DNA of 64,000 bases, taken from Raillietiella orientalis. Lineage: Eukaryota. The notes beneath the pieces were generated by a model, which saw nothing but the letters and a program-made list of their open reading frames with translations, did not search any database and was not told the DNA's origin. A program made the position numbers and the translations under genes. The stretch is from NCBI GenBank assembly GCA_036172245.1, contig JAYWIR010000011.1, positions 3,658,001-3,722,000 on the forward strand, read 5' to 3'. This document shows, in pieces, positions 13,347-27,119 of this stretch (positions are counted from its first letter, which is position 1; every line of letters begins with the position of its first letter).

Positions 13347-14099
13347 CGAAAAACGCTGTGGAAGTTCATTTCATCACATCAAAATGCATTGGAATCTCTC
13401 TCATGAGCTATAAGAGGTAAAAGAGGTTTTGCAGTGTTTCGCAGTTGCTGCTGATTGAGAGATCCAGGAGGCGCATTAAACCAGTTTCTCCGAAAACGCT
13501 TAGTGTAAGGTCAGCATTGCTCATGAAGATGCCATCTGGTCACGTCTGGCTACTTCTCAAGAGCGTACCTTTACCGAAATGCTTCTGATACAGTCCTCGA
13601 GAACCTGTACAGGAAACCGAAAGTTCAAGGAAAATGAGCAATAGAAAAGGAATCATGCAGCAGATGAAGCGAGTGGATTGCTTGGCCAATTCCTCAGATT
13701 ATTCAAATAAAATTTTAGAAATTTTAAAAATGTAATAAAAGACTGAAGGCGGGATATTCCCATATTTCCACAGCCTTTGATCTACCCGTTTTCGGCGGGA
13801 ATACCATCCCCACGTTCTTCCCATGTTCTTTCTAGCCTAAAAATCTTCTTAGCTATTTTAAATAAAATGTCTCTAATCTCAGGATATGAAGGTGTATAAA
13901 GTTTAAATCAGGACTCGCAGCCTTCTAGATCAACGTTAGGTGTACCTGCACCTTTCGATACTGAGCTTCCCAACGGCAAGTGGCAGGCTAAAATGCTGGA
14001 AATTTATTTGCAATAAATAAATGAGAATTTATCATAAGGAATAGTCATGCACATTTTGTTTCGCAACAAAAGCCTCTGAACATTAAGAGCAGGATGAAA

Positions 14100-16200
14100 G
14101 CTTCTCATTAAATGTGGTGCTAAAAACTGTGCCACCCAGCTCCACGAAACCACTAAGCCCAGGCTGTCGGAGGACAATTCCAGCAGGTCTGATGAGGCCT
14201 TCACCATCAGCAGCTTCGGATACTATCGAGGGGCTGAAAAAAACTCAATCAGGCGTCGACTCCCTGCTTACGGAGTTCTCACAACTCTTTGCCACAGAAC
14301 TGGTGTCCTTGGCGAACAACCAGCACTGTCGATGCAGGAGACAGGCGAACTCTCTGCCTCCTTCAGATCAGCCACTTATCGGAAAAGGGAGAACAGCGCT
14401 GCCTCAGCGACTGGCGTCCCATCACTCTTGCCAACGCGGATGCTTTAAGTTGCTCCCCAAGTTGTGGAGCGCACGAATGCAGTAGGTGGCGCAATCCATG
14501 GTCAGCCCGGAGCATACCAACGCGGTCGCGGTTCGAACCGTGGGTGCCAACTTGCTCTATGCTGATGCCTCGTTCAGGTCACGCTTGGAAGAGGTCACGA
14601 ACGCCTCCGGGAACAGCGCAAGCTGAGCAGGGGTATCGCGCGGAACAATAACATCCGAGAAGAGAGCATTGGCTGTATCAGTCAACTTGCAAAAGGCTTT
14701 CGACTGTCTCCATCAGGGGCTCCTTGTCAAGCAGCTGGAACTATTTGGTTTCGCAGACAGTCTTCTCGGTGTGGCGCAAATCTCGATCTTTTTCCGCGGT
14801 CTGCTCATCGGAGGCATGAAGGTCAGACGGAGGATTCTACAGGGAGATTCCTTGAATCGGACACTCTTCAGTCTGTTCCTGGAACTTGTTGCTAACGCGT
14901 ATCACATTCCAGCTCGCTCGACTTCAACGGCAGTCCGGTGTGGTATTGAACGCCGACGACGTGCTGCGCCTACTACGTGAGCATCAGCACTTTCTTCTTG
15001 CCATTTGCGTCCAGCAGCTTGACACTGCAGCGGATCTCTGCTCCGCCTTTTCGGCAGCGTTCGTTCTGGAGCCGAGGCGGGTTTCACCCATGTCTTCCTC
15101 TCGGAGCGTTGATGAGTCCTTCCACCAGACCTCTAACGCGTCTCGTGCCTCCAAAGCGCATCTGTCCCTCATAGGAATCTGGATCGAAATACGAAGAAAG
15201 AATTCGGGATACTCGGTTTCCATTGATGCTTTATTATTACCATGCTCAACTGCGCATGATGGTTGTTTTGATTGTCTCACTGCAGGGATGCACCCGCCGC
15301 CCAGGCGCTCCCTGCAGCCTTGTACGAATTCCCCCTCGTGGTTATCCACAAGGGCGATGGAGGCCATGACAGAGGGCAGCAGTCGAGGATCGTGGCATTG
15401 ACTGATCGCTGGATGTGGGCTCGCCGTTTTCTGAGATTCCCAGGAGCAGTTATCTCACGTCACAGGAAGTCTCCGTGAGCTGGTTCCTTCCGAAGGAGGT
15501 CGTCTCTATGTCCGGCCGGTGAGGGCACAGCGTGTCCACTCCATCCCTTTTCGACACAGCAAACTATTGCTTTCCGAGAGGGCAGTAGCGTGAAACATCT
15601 TCGTTGCGCTTCTCTCCTGGTTCCTCTTTCACCTTTATTACGGAGACTGCTTGACGTGTGGTCAGGTTTGCTGAAATGAGAAGCCCTTCAGGGCTTCTCC
15701 AGATCCGAAGCTTTATCGAAGAACTTGGGGTTGCTCGCCAGAATGTGGATCTGAATTTGTTCCTTGCTGAAGAAATGCAGAAATACAAGCAGCTCTCTAG
15801 CCTATAGGTTAGTCTTGGCGGAGAATCTGAGAAACACGTTGGTGTCTTTCTTCGGACACTCTTTTGACAATCGCCCTCGAGCGACCACATGCGAAAGAAA
15901 AACCTGTGCTACTCGCTGCGCCCGAGAGCGTCGCTGCTGGAGGTTTACGGGAGGATACAACGCCTGCCATTCAACAGAAACGCGCGACGACAGGACTCAT
16001 TCTTAGACCAACCTCACGAGGCGGAGAACCAATGCAACACGTTGCCACGCATCCTATGCTTCCATGGCTACCTCGCCTGCCGATCGATTCTGCATCGACT
16101 CCGGGAAGTTCCTGGCGTTAGTGCGAGCGGGAAAGCTGTCGCCTCGGCTTCCGACAGGGAGAATCGAGGCCTGCAGTAGGATTGCGGTGTCTGGTGAGGT
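14100..16200 (+). mobile_element. L1/Tx1-like reverse transcriptase pseudogene
   Basis: Motifs in order across frames: SGVDSLLTEF, KGEQRCLSDWRPITLANAD, VNLQKAFDCLHQ..LFGF, RRILQGDSL..LFSLFLE, NADDV, then C-terminal TLPRILC. Confidence 0.85.
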
Positions 16201-16899
16201 AGATTGGTGAGCTAAGTGATGAGTTCCTCCCATCACTCGACGAGGAAACATGGCGGATTTATTTTATGGAAACGGCGAACTTTCATCAGAGGTTTCCAAG
16301 AGGCTGAGACCAAGAGCGGTGGACCGCCAACGCAGACAATGCAGCACAGAGGACGCTCCTTCGCTGCATCTGGACGTTCGCGTAGGGAAGCGTCCAGATT
16401 TGGTCCCCCATGACAATAGAAAGTTGAAAAATGGATCCTATGCTGTAAGCACGTAAAGGCAGAAGAGCCTTCGTCCGACAGGAGGGAACCATTGGCACCC
16501 ACGGTGCCGCCTTCTGGGGATGCTTTCCATTCTGCTAGCGGACTCGGGAGCTTTCTTTTCACTTCAGTCCTCTTCATCTTCTTTTTCCCTTTGCTGGAAG
16601 CTGAGGTACGTAGGGAGTTTCTGTGATCTTCCTGAGAGCTCCTCCCGAGGGTGCCTGTGAAAAATCGGAAGCCCTTCTTTCGCCGATGCTCGTCCGGAAA
16701 CGATCGCCTGAACTCATCTGCAACGCTTCTCTCGAGGGGCTGCCTCTTCTTCTTCAACCCTCAGAGCTTTCACCTCCCGTTTGTTAGCAGCATCCCCGGT
16801 CTGTGAGTCTCTTAGCAATGCTGAAGCAGATCGATAAGTGAGGACAAAGCAAAGATGACACTCCGGGCACCCTGACTATGATGGATTCTTTTCTCTACG

Positions 16900-18400
16900 A
16901 GGGACTGACCTGCAGCATCCGAACCGCAGTGGTATGAGTGATGCGCATGGCGGCGAGTTATTCAAATTCATCTCTAGAAATAAATCCCAGCTTCCTCCTT
17001 CCGGCCACCTGAGAACGGTCTCAGTCGGCGACCTCAAGCGTATGCCCCCTCACCCGACACCGCCGTTTGCCACATGTGAATTTGCCGAGTGGGAGGCTGA
17101 GACATCTGAAAACAGTCTGAGCAGCTCGCGACCGTCGCCTGAGCAGCCAACGAGCCGACGTCACCCCGCTTTCCGCTTAGCAAAAGTTTTCCCACCTCGG
17201 CATTCTCTGCCACGGAAGGAAGCCTGCAAGCGTGGCAAGCACAGAACGCCACCTTCCGTTCGGGGTATCCCGAGCCAAGGCCATTCCGCCACAAAAGGCG
17301 GCAGCCCGCAGTGCCGCGGGGCTTCCAAGCACTGTGGACTTGCAAGTGGCCGTGGTCACCGAGTCTCTTCCATCTGCGGCGAGCATCTCGGAGTCCGTGC
17401 ATCGAGGATGCGCTTGCGTGACCGAGGATCCGAGAAGTTCCTGAAAGTCACGTCACTACGTCTCTCAGCAACGGCTTCCTCCATAATTTTCGTGTTGCCA
17501 TCGCCGTCCACTTGGCAGGAACGCGGAAATCAGTGGAGAGATAAGAGAGCCTGGGTAGCCCAATCCCAGTAAAAAATCGGGTAAAAATCCTCTTGGCGGG
17601 ATTTTCGGCGATGCCGGCCTCCTTCCTGGGGCTCGAAGCGGGACCCTTGTGAACGTCATCTGTTCCTCTGCTGCAACAATGGGTTGGGAAGACATGGATA
17701 CTCCTGCAGCATGTGGGATGATTTGTCCGACCGCTGAGGGACATCCGAGTCCGCCGTCCAGAGTACTTCACCTCGCCTTGTGCGTGGACTTCTGTCCGAG
17801 GACCGCGCTGGGGGCTCGCAAAGGTCGGTCGTGTTTTTCAGAATTTCCCTCGGGAAGTGCACGATCCAGGGCTTCCTAGTAGACATCTTCATTCTCTGTC
17901 TCCGCTTCCAGCTGACCGCCATCTTGTTGGTGCACTGGGCTCCTCCCGGGAGTGAGGAACGTGATGTCTCCTCAGCGGGCAGAGAAGTCAAGGAGGAGAA
18001 TCTATGATTCCCTTTCGCATGGGTTTCCCAAATGGTCGGACTGTAGGAGGGGTGGATGCACATTGCAGGGGAGCACTTCAGCTCCATTGATGTCGCCCCG
18101 CAGGACCAGCTCAGAGGAACGCTCATTCCTTCGGTCATACTGATTGGATCCTCTCAGGCGATACCTGCACGCACGGTGATGGAGGAATGGAGGAGGAATT
18201 TGGTCTCCATACCTTGTATCCATTTGCGATCCTTGTCACCGAAAGAGATGAAAGGACTCTGTCCTGGACCCGAAGTATGAATTCTTCTTTATGCAGTATT
18301 CTCGGCACGCATGTCCGGGATGGAAGAACTCGTCCCCTCTTGCTCCTGTTCGATTCTAGCCCAGAGGAGGAGTGTTTTTCGATTGCAACATAAGCTCGCC
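16900..18400 (-). mobile_element. Heavily deleted L1-like ORF2 relic
   Basis: LVLRGDIN and QSDHLG (APE GDFN/SDH), RGFLPDFLLGLGYP (RT-like), Cys-rich C-terminal remnant near 17.2 kb. Confidence 0.55.
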
Positions 18401-18559
18401 TCACCCTCTGTTTTGAAACTGCTAACAGGAAGAACTGACTTTTGAAGGGTTGATAACTAGATAAGGTTCTTTGTTCCCAACTTAATGGTCGACAGCGTCA
18501 TCTTCAGCAGCAGCATGAGGAGGAAGATTTGGCGGTGTGGGAACATTGTGGAAGGAACA

Positions 18560-19420
18560 CGCATGACAATCTCTAGTCCAAAAACACATTAGTCAAGGGA
18601 AGTGTGTGGGCTTGCACCACGCCTCAAGCTTCTTTCTCACTAACGGAAGCCACCTGAGATTCCAGGACACGCAGCCAGACTAAACGTATACCAGTCAGGG
18701 CTGGACCAAGAATGAAACCAGAAGAACGCGCATGTCGGCGCTGCTGGACATAAGAAATGCTATCTCACATAAAAAACAGATGCAAGAGACACGTTCCTCT
18801 GTCCAAGGCACGCCACGACGCGATTCAGGAAATAATCAGAAAGACCGCAGTGGATGAAGCGAAATGGACCATTGTCTCCAGCAGCCAGAGACTTTCAAGA
18901 ACAAACTCCCTTCTAAAACCGGATTTGGTAATTGAAAAAGGAAACCAGGGTATTCGTGCTGAACATGTGCTGCCCATACGAAAATGGAAGAGAGGCGCTC
19001 AGCGCAGCCAGAAGAAGCAAGGAAGGGAAATAAAAGGTGGCCTACAGCTGGACAGAGGGAAAGCAATGCAAAATACAGGCATTCGTCCTTGGCTCTCTGG
19101 GAGCCTGGGATACAGGAAATGAGGAAGTAGTGCAAGATGTTGGAATTCTGAAGAAGAAGAAATTGATGGAAATGAGGCACCAGATGGTGACATCGTGCAT
19201 TTGGTACTCCAGCGATATTTATGCAGCCCACATCACACGGAAAGGCAGTAACCAGTCTGAGAACCCTAGCAGTCTGCTCTTACCATCGGAGGACAGGAAG
19301 TAGAAGAAGCAACATGATGAGGGGCGACGAGTGCACCAGATAAATAGAGGAGAAGCTGCGGAGGAGTGTCTAGAGCCCTCCCCCGATACCCATTACATAA
19401 CCATAAATATAAACAATAAA
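18560..19420 (+). mobile_element. 3' fragment of a NeSL/Utopia-like RLE non-LTR retrotransposon
   Basis: CRRC..LSHIKNRC..ARHDAIQ..LKPDLVI..FVLGSLGAWD..MVTSCIWYSSDIYAAHIT; ends at caataaa ~19420. Confidence 0.88.
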
Positions 19421-20049
19421 GTTCCCTGTCTCAAGAGGCCAAGTGCTCGTTTGTTTTCATGATGGACACTACAGTTTTCGGTGAAGCGATGTATAGCCAA
19501 CGCAAAATGTTGAGCATCCACCATGCTGAAAGGAGCAGCAGAGCTCTTTCTGGCAAGATCCCAGTCTGCGCAAGATCGAGACTCGAGCTTTTAAACTCGC
19601 CATCTACGAGGTTGTGGAATAAGGGAGCGGTGGCTCTCCTCATCCATAGTCCAAACTCAATCCATAGTCACATTGACTCAGACGGCGCGAAGATGTAGGC
19701 GTAATTCGCGTGAAGCTATAAACTACCTCTCCTGCATAGTGTCAGCAATCAGTGGGGTCGTGCGCGAGTCCTCACTCGAGGTGGACTCCACGCATATTCT
19801 GAGGGTACTTGGCTAGCAGAGCGTGTACTTGGCCGCGCAAGGTCTCAGCTCCCTCGTAGAGGCACTTACGAACCCCGCTGAGTATCGGGGAACGAAGGCT
19901 CCTCTTAGTCATTGAGGACAGCACGTTCCTGACACACCTCAGGGCATCCTTGGCATGGTCACTGATCGCGACATCCCTGGAGCATCTAAGCGAAATGCTA
20001 CTGTACATGTGCTGCTGAGCAAGCCAAACCCCTCAAGGGTTCGTGAAAG

Positions 20050-21800
20050 TGCAGTTTTTCATCCGACCACCCTGGGGCGTTTAGCTAAGAAATAATAAAC
20101 AAACCATCTGAGACGCAGTTCCCGGAACAAGATCGAAAAGAAGTTCATGCAGAAGGCTCGCCGCCACGGAGGTCGGATGCTGAAGTTCAGAGATAGACGG
20201 AGGAGATCAATAAGCAGATAAAGAAAAAATGGAATGAGGACAAGGGTCTTTGGCAGTAGCCACTCCTTACACAGAACCAGCTCAGAATACCAGCAGTCTC
20301 CCTGGAGACTTCTTTCAGGTGCGTGACCTCCCTTCGCTGCGTCCGAGACTCCGACAAATGGCAGGCTGCCACGATGGCACGGAAGCAACCGTCCATCGGT
20401 GGAATCACGACGCCTGCCGAGAGTGCGACACGCGCGGAGGATCTCCGCAGCAGGTCCTCGTCAGTGTCCTCCGGAAGCGAGAATGCTGAAGACAGCCTCC
20501 ACCACAGTTGCTGGAGGACACCAACAAGTGCAGGAAAGTCCTTACGCACCTTTCGCAGTTTGAGGATGCAGCTACTCCGAAAAACGGGTGCCGACGCTGG
20601 TTCCCCTGGAGACCCCAGTGCAGGAAGAGCAACACTTCGTGCTTCCAGTCCAAGAGAAACATCGGGAGCGTCCAGGCACAAAGGAGGGACTACTAGTTCT
20701 TCGGGATGCACACTTAGTAGCTCCTGACACCGAAGGAGTCCGTTCGCCCGGGAACGGGGAGTTGAGGCATCTTCCAGCCTTCCAGGAGTTTTGTAACTCC
20801 TGCAACGGTTCAGGGAATCCTCCTACACCGTTGTAGCTTATTGATGTTGGTTGCCCTCAGGGCAGAAAGCGCTCTGGCAAGGGGTATTGCGGAAAGTCGG
20901 GTCCACTTTGTCGAATATTGCAGGACATCTCGAGGAGAGTGGCCGAGGAGATTTCGCAGACGACGGACTATTTCCGGGAGAACTTTCAAAGTGGAACCCC
21001 GGTTTCTTGCTGTTTCCTTTCTCCCGGCATCCCAGCTAGCGGAGTGGCAGAAGATACAAGGATTGGCCCGTTTCCTCGGATAGAATCCGAATACTCGCAT
21101 CCGATTCCGTCTGTGATGTAGCAAGTCCTTCGCTGGCAGTGCAGCCCCGAAGGATTGAATGTATAGGAGCACATCATGGAGAGGTTCACAATTTGCCATA
21201 GGCAGTGCTGGCTGTTGGGATTGCATCTGCAGTTCGATCTTGTCTAGCACTAGGATACCCAAGCGAGCATTCTGACGCTACACCATCAAGTCTTCTAGGC
21301 TGATCCGAGACTTTCCTCACAGAAGACCACAGAGTTCTCCTCAGGAGACGCGGAGTCCGAAACTTTGCCGAATATGGGGGAAGGCATGCAAAAAATGTTG
21401 TGCGAGCACGGGGGAGAAGAAACCAAGGTGTTCAGAATGGCGACCGTTCCAGCAAGACGAACTTGCGATAGGGGAACGGATCAGGAGCCATTTCATTCTT
21501 CTGGCGGAAGGCAGAACACGCTTCTGCGATGCAAAAGTCACCCAACGGGATGCCAGGACGCTTAAAGCACTTGCTGGTGGGGATCCACAGATAGGTTCAT
21601 GGTCGAACTGCTTTTCCTACAATGGACCAGCTAGGACGGCCATGGACTTCTCCTGGTTAGTGCACATGCGCTTATTCCTACGGATTAGCTCGAAGAAGTC
21701 TTCAAGTATAGCCCTCCATGATGGACATGGTGTCAGGGGAAGTTCACATTAGACAGGTCACAGCACGCAAGACTGAGAGATGGATGGAGACTTGTCCACT
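20050..21800 (+). mobile_element. Possible decayed non-LTR element (ORF1/APE-like remnants)
   Basis: Cys/His remnants (HDACRECD) and an APE-like stretch VEPRFLAVSF; no clean motif. Confidence 0.25.
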
Positions 21801-22279
21801 TCTCGCAAGAAGCTGTTCGCAGGCATCAATCTCCAGTGCCACTGTGGGAGTGCAGAGCACCTAAGGAAGCTGTTGGTTATCAATTACCTGAGCAGCGGCC
21901 TTCTTTGGGGACATGAAAGTAATGCTTGAGTACCCCACGAGGCTCACAGGAAGACAAGTCAGAAGCATATAGCAAGCAAGCGCTTCTCTAAAAGCAAAAT
22001 GCTGCAGGTGGAAGAAGCTGTCATTTCCTGGATACGGGTAGGAGAAGGTAAGCAAGAAGGTAAGAACCGAGCCGTCAGTATCATTCGGAAATGTGCACAG
22101 TTCAACGAGCCTCAGGTGGCCGGCGCACTAACCCCGTATTCCTCAAGACAAAGGGTTCAAGGTTGAAAAGGCCATGCTTCTGCTACCATCCAGAGATGCG
22201 AATTCGACGGAGCACTCTGTGATGTCTCTGCAACAATCCATCCGTTTTGTATCAACACACATGGCAAATAAACCAGAAA

Positions 22280-24850
22280 GCTTGAGTGTCCGCAAGCCTT
22301 GAGGGATTGCCTTTTACATGGAGCCAGTTCCGAAGCTCAATAATAATAAGAGGAGGTTTCAATCTAGACATCAAACGGGGAAAATACAGTGAATACCAAA
22401 GAATTGCAGAATTCAACAGCACAGCAAAGGTACAGCAGCAAACACACCGGAATAGATCACAGGATGCATTCTGTAGTCATAATGAACAGAACGTTCGGAC
22501 GGGTGGGTACACAAACTCATGTATAGGCTGCTCTGTCGTGCAGATCAACAGAAGGACTATAAATCCCAGGAAGATCATAAAAGGACGAAACGTACTTATG
22601 ATCATGGAAGCATGATGGCATAAGTATTTGCCATATCAACAAATGACAAAAGAAATCTCCCAAACAGGGAAGTAGCGCTCGTAGGGCATAGTCATCATGA
22701 AGACAATGATCCATCTAGTGCACTTTAGATGCAACAGATGCACTTCGGCGCTAAGCTAGAAAGCAATTGGGAGCTCAAGATCATACAGGTAGCAAATACT
22801 GGTTTATGGAGAAAGGAAGAGTTACGAACTAAAAGCATTAAAGGTGACATCCGCTTAATGGAAAAAAGAACAAATGTGGCAGCTATATCGTCCAAACAGA
22901 ACACAATGGGGCAATGCAAAATACAACAGTAGATGTCCTGAAGCTATTCCATCAATCTAACCAGAAACTATTTAAAAAGCAAAACCACACAGAGCAGCAA
23001 ACTAAAGTAGATAAAAACAAGACTCAACATGCAAAACAGGTCTATTCTGGTCCAAGAATTTTGTGGTGAACAAATAAGAAAGGAATTCGAAGGCCTCAAG
23101 AAGGATGCTGGAACTGTTTCTGATCAGTTTCTGGTCCATCCTTACTGACAACAAAGAGACATTTGCACCGAGCTAATGCAACAATTGCTCAAGAAAACAA
23201 GGAGGTCAGGCAGGATCATGTCACCAAAAGAGGCGACTTAATCACGATCATTCATTGGAGATTCATCTCTATTGTGACCATGGATATGAAGTAAATGGAA
23301 AAGCTAGAGGCAAATCTTTTAAAAAAAATAACGAACAAAATGGTGTCAACAGAGCTAAGGATTGCAGTCCCAGGAAGGTACGTGGCGGATAAAGTAAGAA
23401 CCCTGCAGGTCATTATTGGGAGTCCAACATCAAAAACTCAAGGTGGAACCCTCAGTTCTATGCTCTTCGTGATAAACAAGGAAGCTATGAACATCATTAC
23501 GTATGAAATGTCAAAGGAAGGAGACATACAAGAGAATGAATAGCAATGCTGATACCTGGCACATGCCGATGATACTGTATTTTTCGTGGGAGACAGGTAA
23601 GATCAACTAGAGATGCTGAAAACAATAGACGTAATGAAAAGCATTAGAAATAAATGTACCAAAATCAAAGATTGTAAAAATGCAGCAAGTAAAATCTAAA
23701 ATTGTACCTACAAATGCAGGAAGAATAGACGACACAGTAAACTCTGTTTTCCCAGTGACGAATCCTTTCCCCCAAATGGAATGAACAGCATAAAGCTTTC
23801 AAGACAGAAGTCAGGAAATGTGTCAGGTCAACGCTCTTACTTCAGGTAAAAGCGAGGCTATCTAATGGAGTTTTCTCAGCGAACATTCTATATAGAAAAC
23901 TTGACAAGGATGCGGGCTGCTTCTCGTTTAGATTTACAAGCCAATCTAAACGAGAAGTAACAACTCGTACCCAATGAAATACGAAACTAATTCTATGGGA
24001 AGAGAACCTCAAATCAAGATATCGAGCATCTGCATCCTAAAGAACCAAATGGACTCGTTATGCAGTTGACAAAACTTTCCGTGGAAATTCAATAAATAAA
24101 TAGTATCATGTCTTGCAAAAGAGTAAGACAAGTGGCCTGTATGGAATGTATGAATGTACACCATGATAATAGCAATAGTCAAGGGTTTTTTACAGCTCTA
24201 ACATCAAAGAAAAGGTGGAAGACGACTGAGCCGACGTGCACAGCAGCCAAAAATACTTTATGCTCGTACAAAATGAAACTAATCCCAAGAAACCTTGGAA
24301 CGAAGAACTCACAACGATAATCAGTCAATTAGGAATCCTTACAAAAAAAACAGTAAGACGGATAATAACCGGGAGGTCTAAGGAAAGAAAAGACTCAGAA
24401 TAATTGTTTTCAGGAGGATCCACACATTGGATACGCCTGGAGAACTCCATTTTCGAAATAAGGAATGGCTTACCCTCAGAGGACTGTGCAATGAAGGAGA
24501 AAAATGATGGAGAACGTGGAAAGACAGAACACAGAAATTACCCGATTGGAAAGCTTGGAAAACGATTACGAAACCTTGGAAAAAAGTGGTGAGTCAGCTT
24601 CCCATGCAGACTTCATTCCGTAGGCTATTAGGACCATTCAGTGGAAGGACCACCAGAATTCTTCGAGAATTTATGTTTCCCCATTACTATTCGGGATTAC
24701 CACATGGACAAAGACTTGAACGCTGGCCCCCAAATACAGCAGATCAGTATAGCCGTGCATTCGAAGGGACTGACCCTCAAATGCACGCTTTGCATTATAG
24801 AACTTTGGATGGGACTGGGAGCGTGTGAAAGTATTACCAACCTAACAGAT
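22280..24850 (+). mobile_element. A-rich L1-like ORF2 pseudogene
   Basis: IIIRGGFNL (GDFN-like), TQGGTLSSMLFVI, LAHADDTV at ~23.56 kb (YADD-like), strongly A-rich sense strand. Confidence 0.75.
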
Positions 24851-24959
24851 GAAGGTCAAGGCATTCTAGATGCACCTGCAGCATTGCACGCAGCCTGAGT
24901 CACCTGCTTCAATGCACGGCAGACTCTCAGTTTCCACGTCCCATGTTCTCAGCAAGGAC

Positions 24960-27100
24960 AAGGAAAGTTGCTTCCTTACGCAGCTTGGAGGAACGTTAAC
25001 GGTCAGCATAATGGCGCGAAGAGGTGTTCCGTAGCAGACACCCATCTCCCGTCCGGTCGCATACTCCACCAGATAATCCCACAGGAGGTAGCACACACTG
25101 AGAAACAAGAGACATCTATGGCGTTGCAGTTTCACGCGCGAGCGCAAGGTGACCTTGCTGGAAAGCAGCAAGTTCAAGGAAGATGCCCTGGTGAAGAAGT
25201 CGGGTTGTCCGACTGATTCTCAGGAGGTCCAACTTGATCGACCACATCATGACAAATGGGTGCTCCAGCGAGCACAGCAGGGGAAACCGACCGAACACTG
25301 TCAAGCTGTTCAGGTGTCAGCGGCTCGCCTCGTCCGAAGTCCACATAGCACTTTATAAGATGAGCGATTTCAGCATCTGTTTGCTGTTGAAAGGCAGACG
25401 GCTACAGAGACAGCAGCAGCAAGTCAACTACTTGAGCGTATCCATGAGCTTGAGAAACTTGTTGACTGGAGAACCTGCGACGCGGACTCCGCTGACCACG
25501 TTTCCATGGATGACCACCCGTGCTCACAGGTAAGAAAAAGAGAAAGAGTGCAATTGACGTCCCTCCCTGACCCCTCCAGGGGCGATTGCACCCCTCCCCT
25601 CCAGGTTTGGGCTAAAGATGCTCATGTCCAAATAGAGTTCCCCATCGATCGTCTTGAAGCTATCAGGAGACTGGATGAACCACCAGGAGGGAACAGGGGT
25701 CATCACAAGTTCTTCCGTAGCTTCAGCATTCAAGAGATGGAGGGCTGGGGTCCTCTAAATGTCTCGATCCAACAGTCTATGTTCCCTGAACAGAGTGTCC
25801 GTTGCACCTACTGACCATTGGATTCGTGGAGGACACCGAGAGCAGTAGTGTCCTTTTTTGTACAATCGAAGCGTTCATTGAGAAAATGTTTAGCAAGCAG
25901 AGATCGGGAAAAAAGAAAAGCATGTTGGAAATCTCCTACCTTATCGATATCAGGTAGGATCATTTCGCCGCTTTCCTTAGCAGGAAGGTCGTCATGAGGA
26001 CAGCGTCTCTGCAGTACTGATGTCTTCCTGCCACTTCTAGGCCTTGGAAGCAGAAAAGTGTCCCAATTCTCTGCATCAGGAGCCACTGTCATGAATGCAA
26101 GTAGTCTCTTTAGCACATCTCTAAGGTGCTGTTGGAAGAGGGCCCATCGAGACGCTCCTATCCTCTCTGGAGTACCCTACAATCTACTAACAGGCGACGA
26201 AAGAATGCGAGTATTTCGCACTTGACACGCCTAGGACTGCGCTTCTTCTTATCTGGTGGTTTCTATCGCAACCTATATCCCCTAAGGAAGGGCGCCTCGA
26301 GGAAGGTCGGTCAGCAACCAGGAATGGCTTGGTAACCGGGAGGCTATGGAACACCTGCGTACCATCCTAAGTATCTTTGCTATTACCAATCCGGATGACT
26401 AAAACCACTTCAAGAAAATGTCTTGACAGTTTAATGCCCGGTATGCAATGCGACCCCTGCCCTGTGGTTCAGGGGGAGGCGCTGGAGACAACCGTGCATT
26501 CTTGCGAGCACGAACCCATGCTGGGCTACCGGATCTGCTCAGGTTGGCTGAATGCAAGGCCAGGATCGGTCCAGAAGAAGAGGTCCTGGGACGTCCGGCT
26601 CCAGCATAGGTGAGGGAAATAGCAGGTGATTTTTACTCTTCCGTGTATGTGAAGACTTCTGTCGGGAGTGACTACGTGGGGCGGCTGCTGCCGAAGTGCT
26701 CTGAGGCGTTAATGTCGACGGGGGAGATGGCCGCCATGAGGATGCTCGAAGAGCGCAGAAGCACCTAGGAAGCCGGCCTGCCGGCGGAGTTCTGCCAGTT
26801 CTTCGGGACCGCGCCCCTAGTGTGTAAAATGACCATGATCGGGAGAAGGACGAGTTGACAACTCTGCAATCAGCTGGAGTACGTCTCTTCAAAGGAAGGG
26901 ACGCACACAGCTTGAGTAGCTGGCATCCGATCGACCGCCTTAGTGAACCGGGACATCGAGTAGCTCTCGAAACTGCGGACCGTGTGCCTGGGGCAGGCAG
27001 ATCTCGGAGGTTGCCACCTCTGTGATCATTCCGGAACATCCATGCTCTCTTCCCGAGAGATGCATGATAGACAGACTGTTCTTTGCTCACTGATTTGTCT
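24960..27100 (+). mobile_element. L1/Tx1-like ORF2 relic (APE to zinc finger)
   Basis: WRNVNG..KR..IIPQEVAH (APE N-terminus), FPIDRL, KCLDSL, VVQGEAL, and a C-terminal NIHALF remnant. Confidence 0.65.
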
Positions 27101-27119
27101 TCAAAAGAAGGATCGCAAC

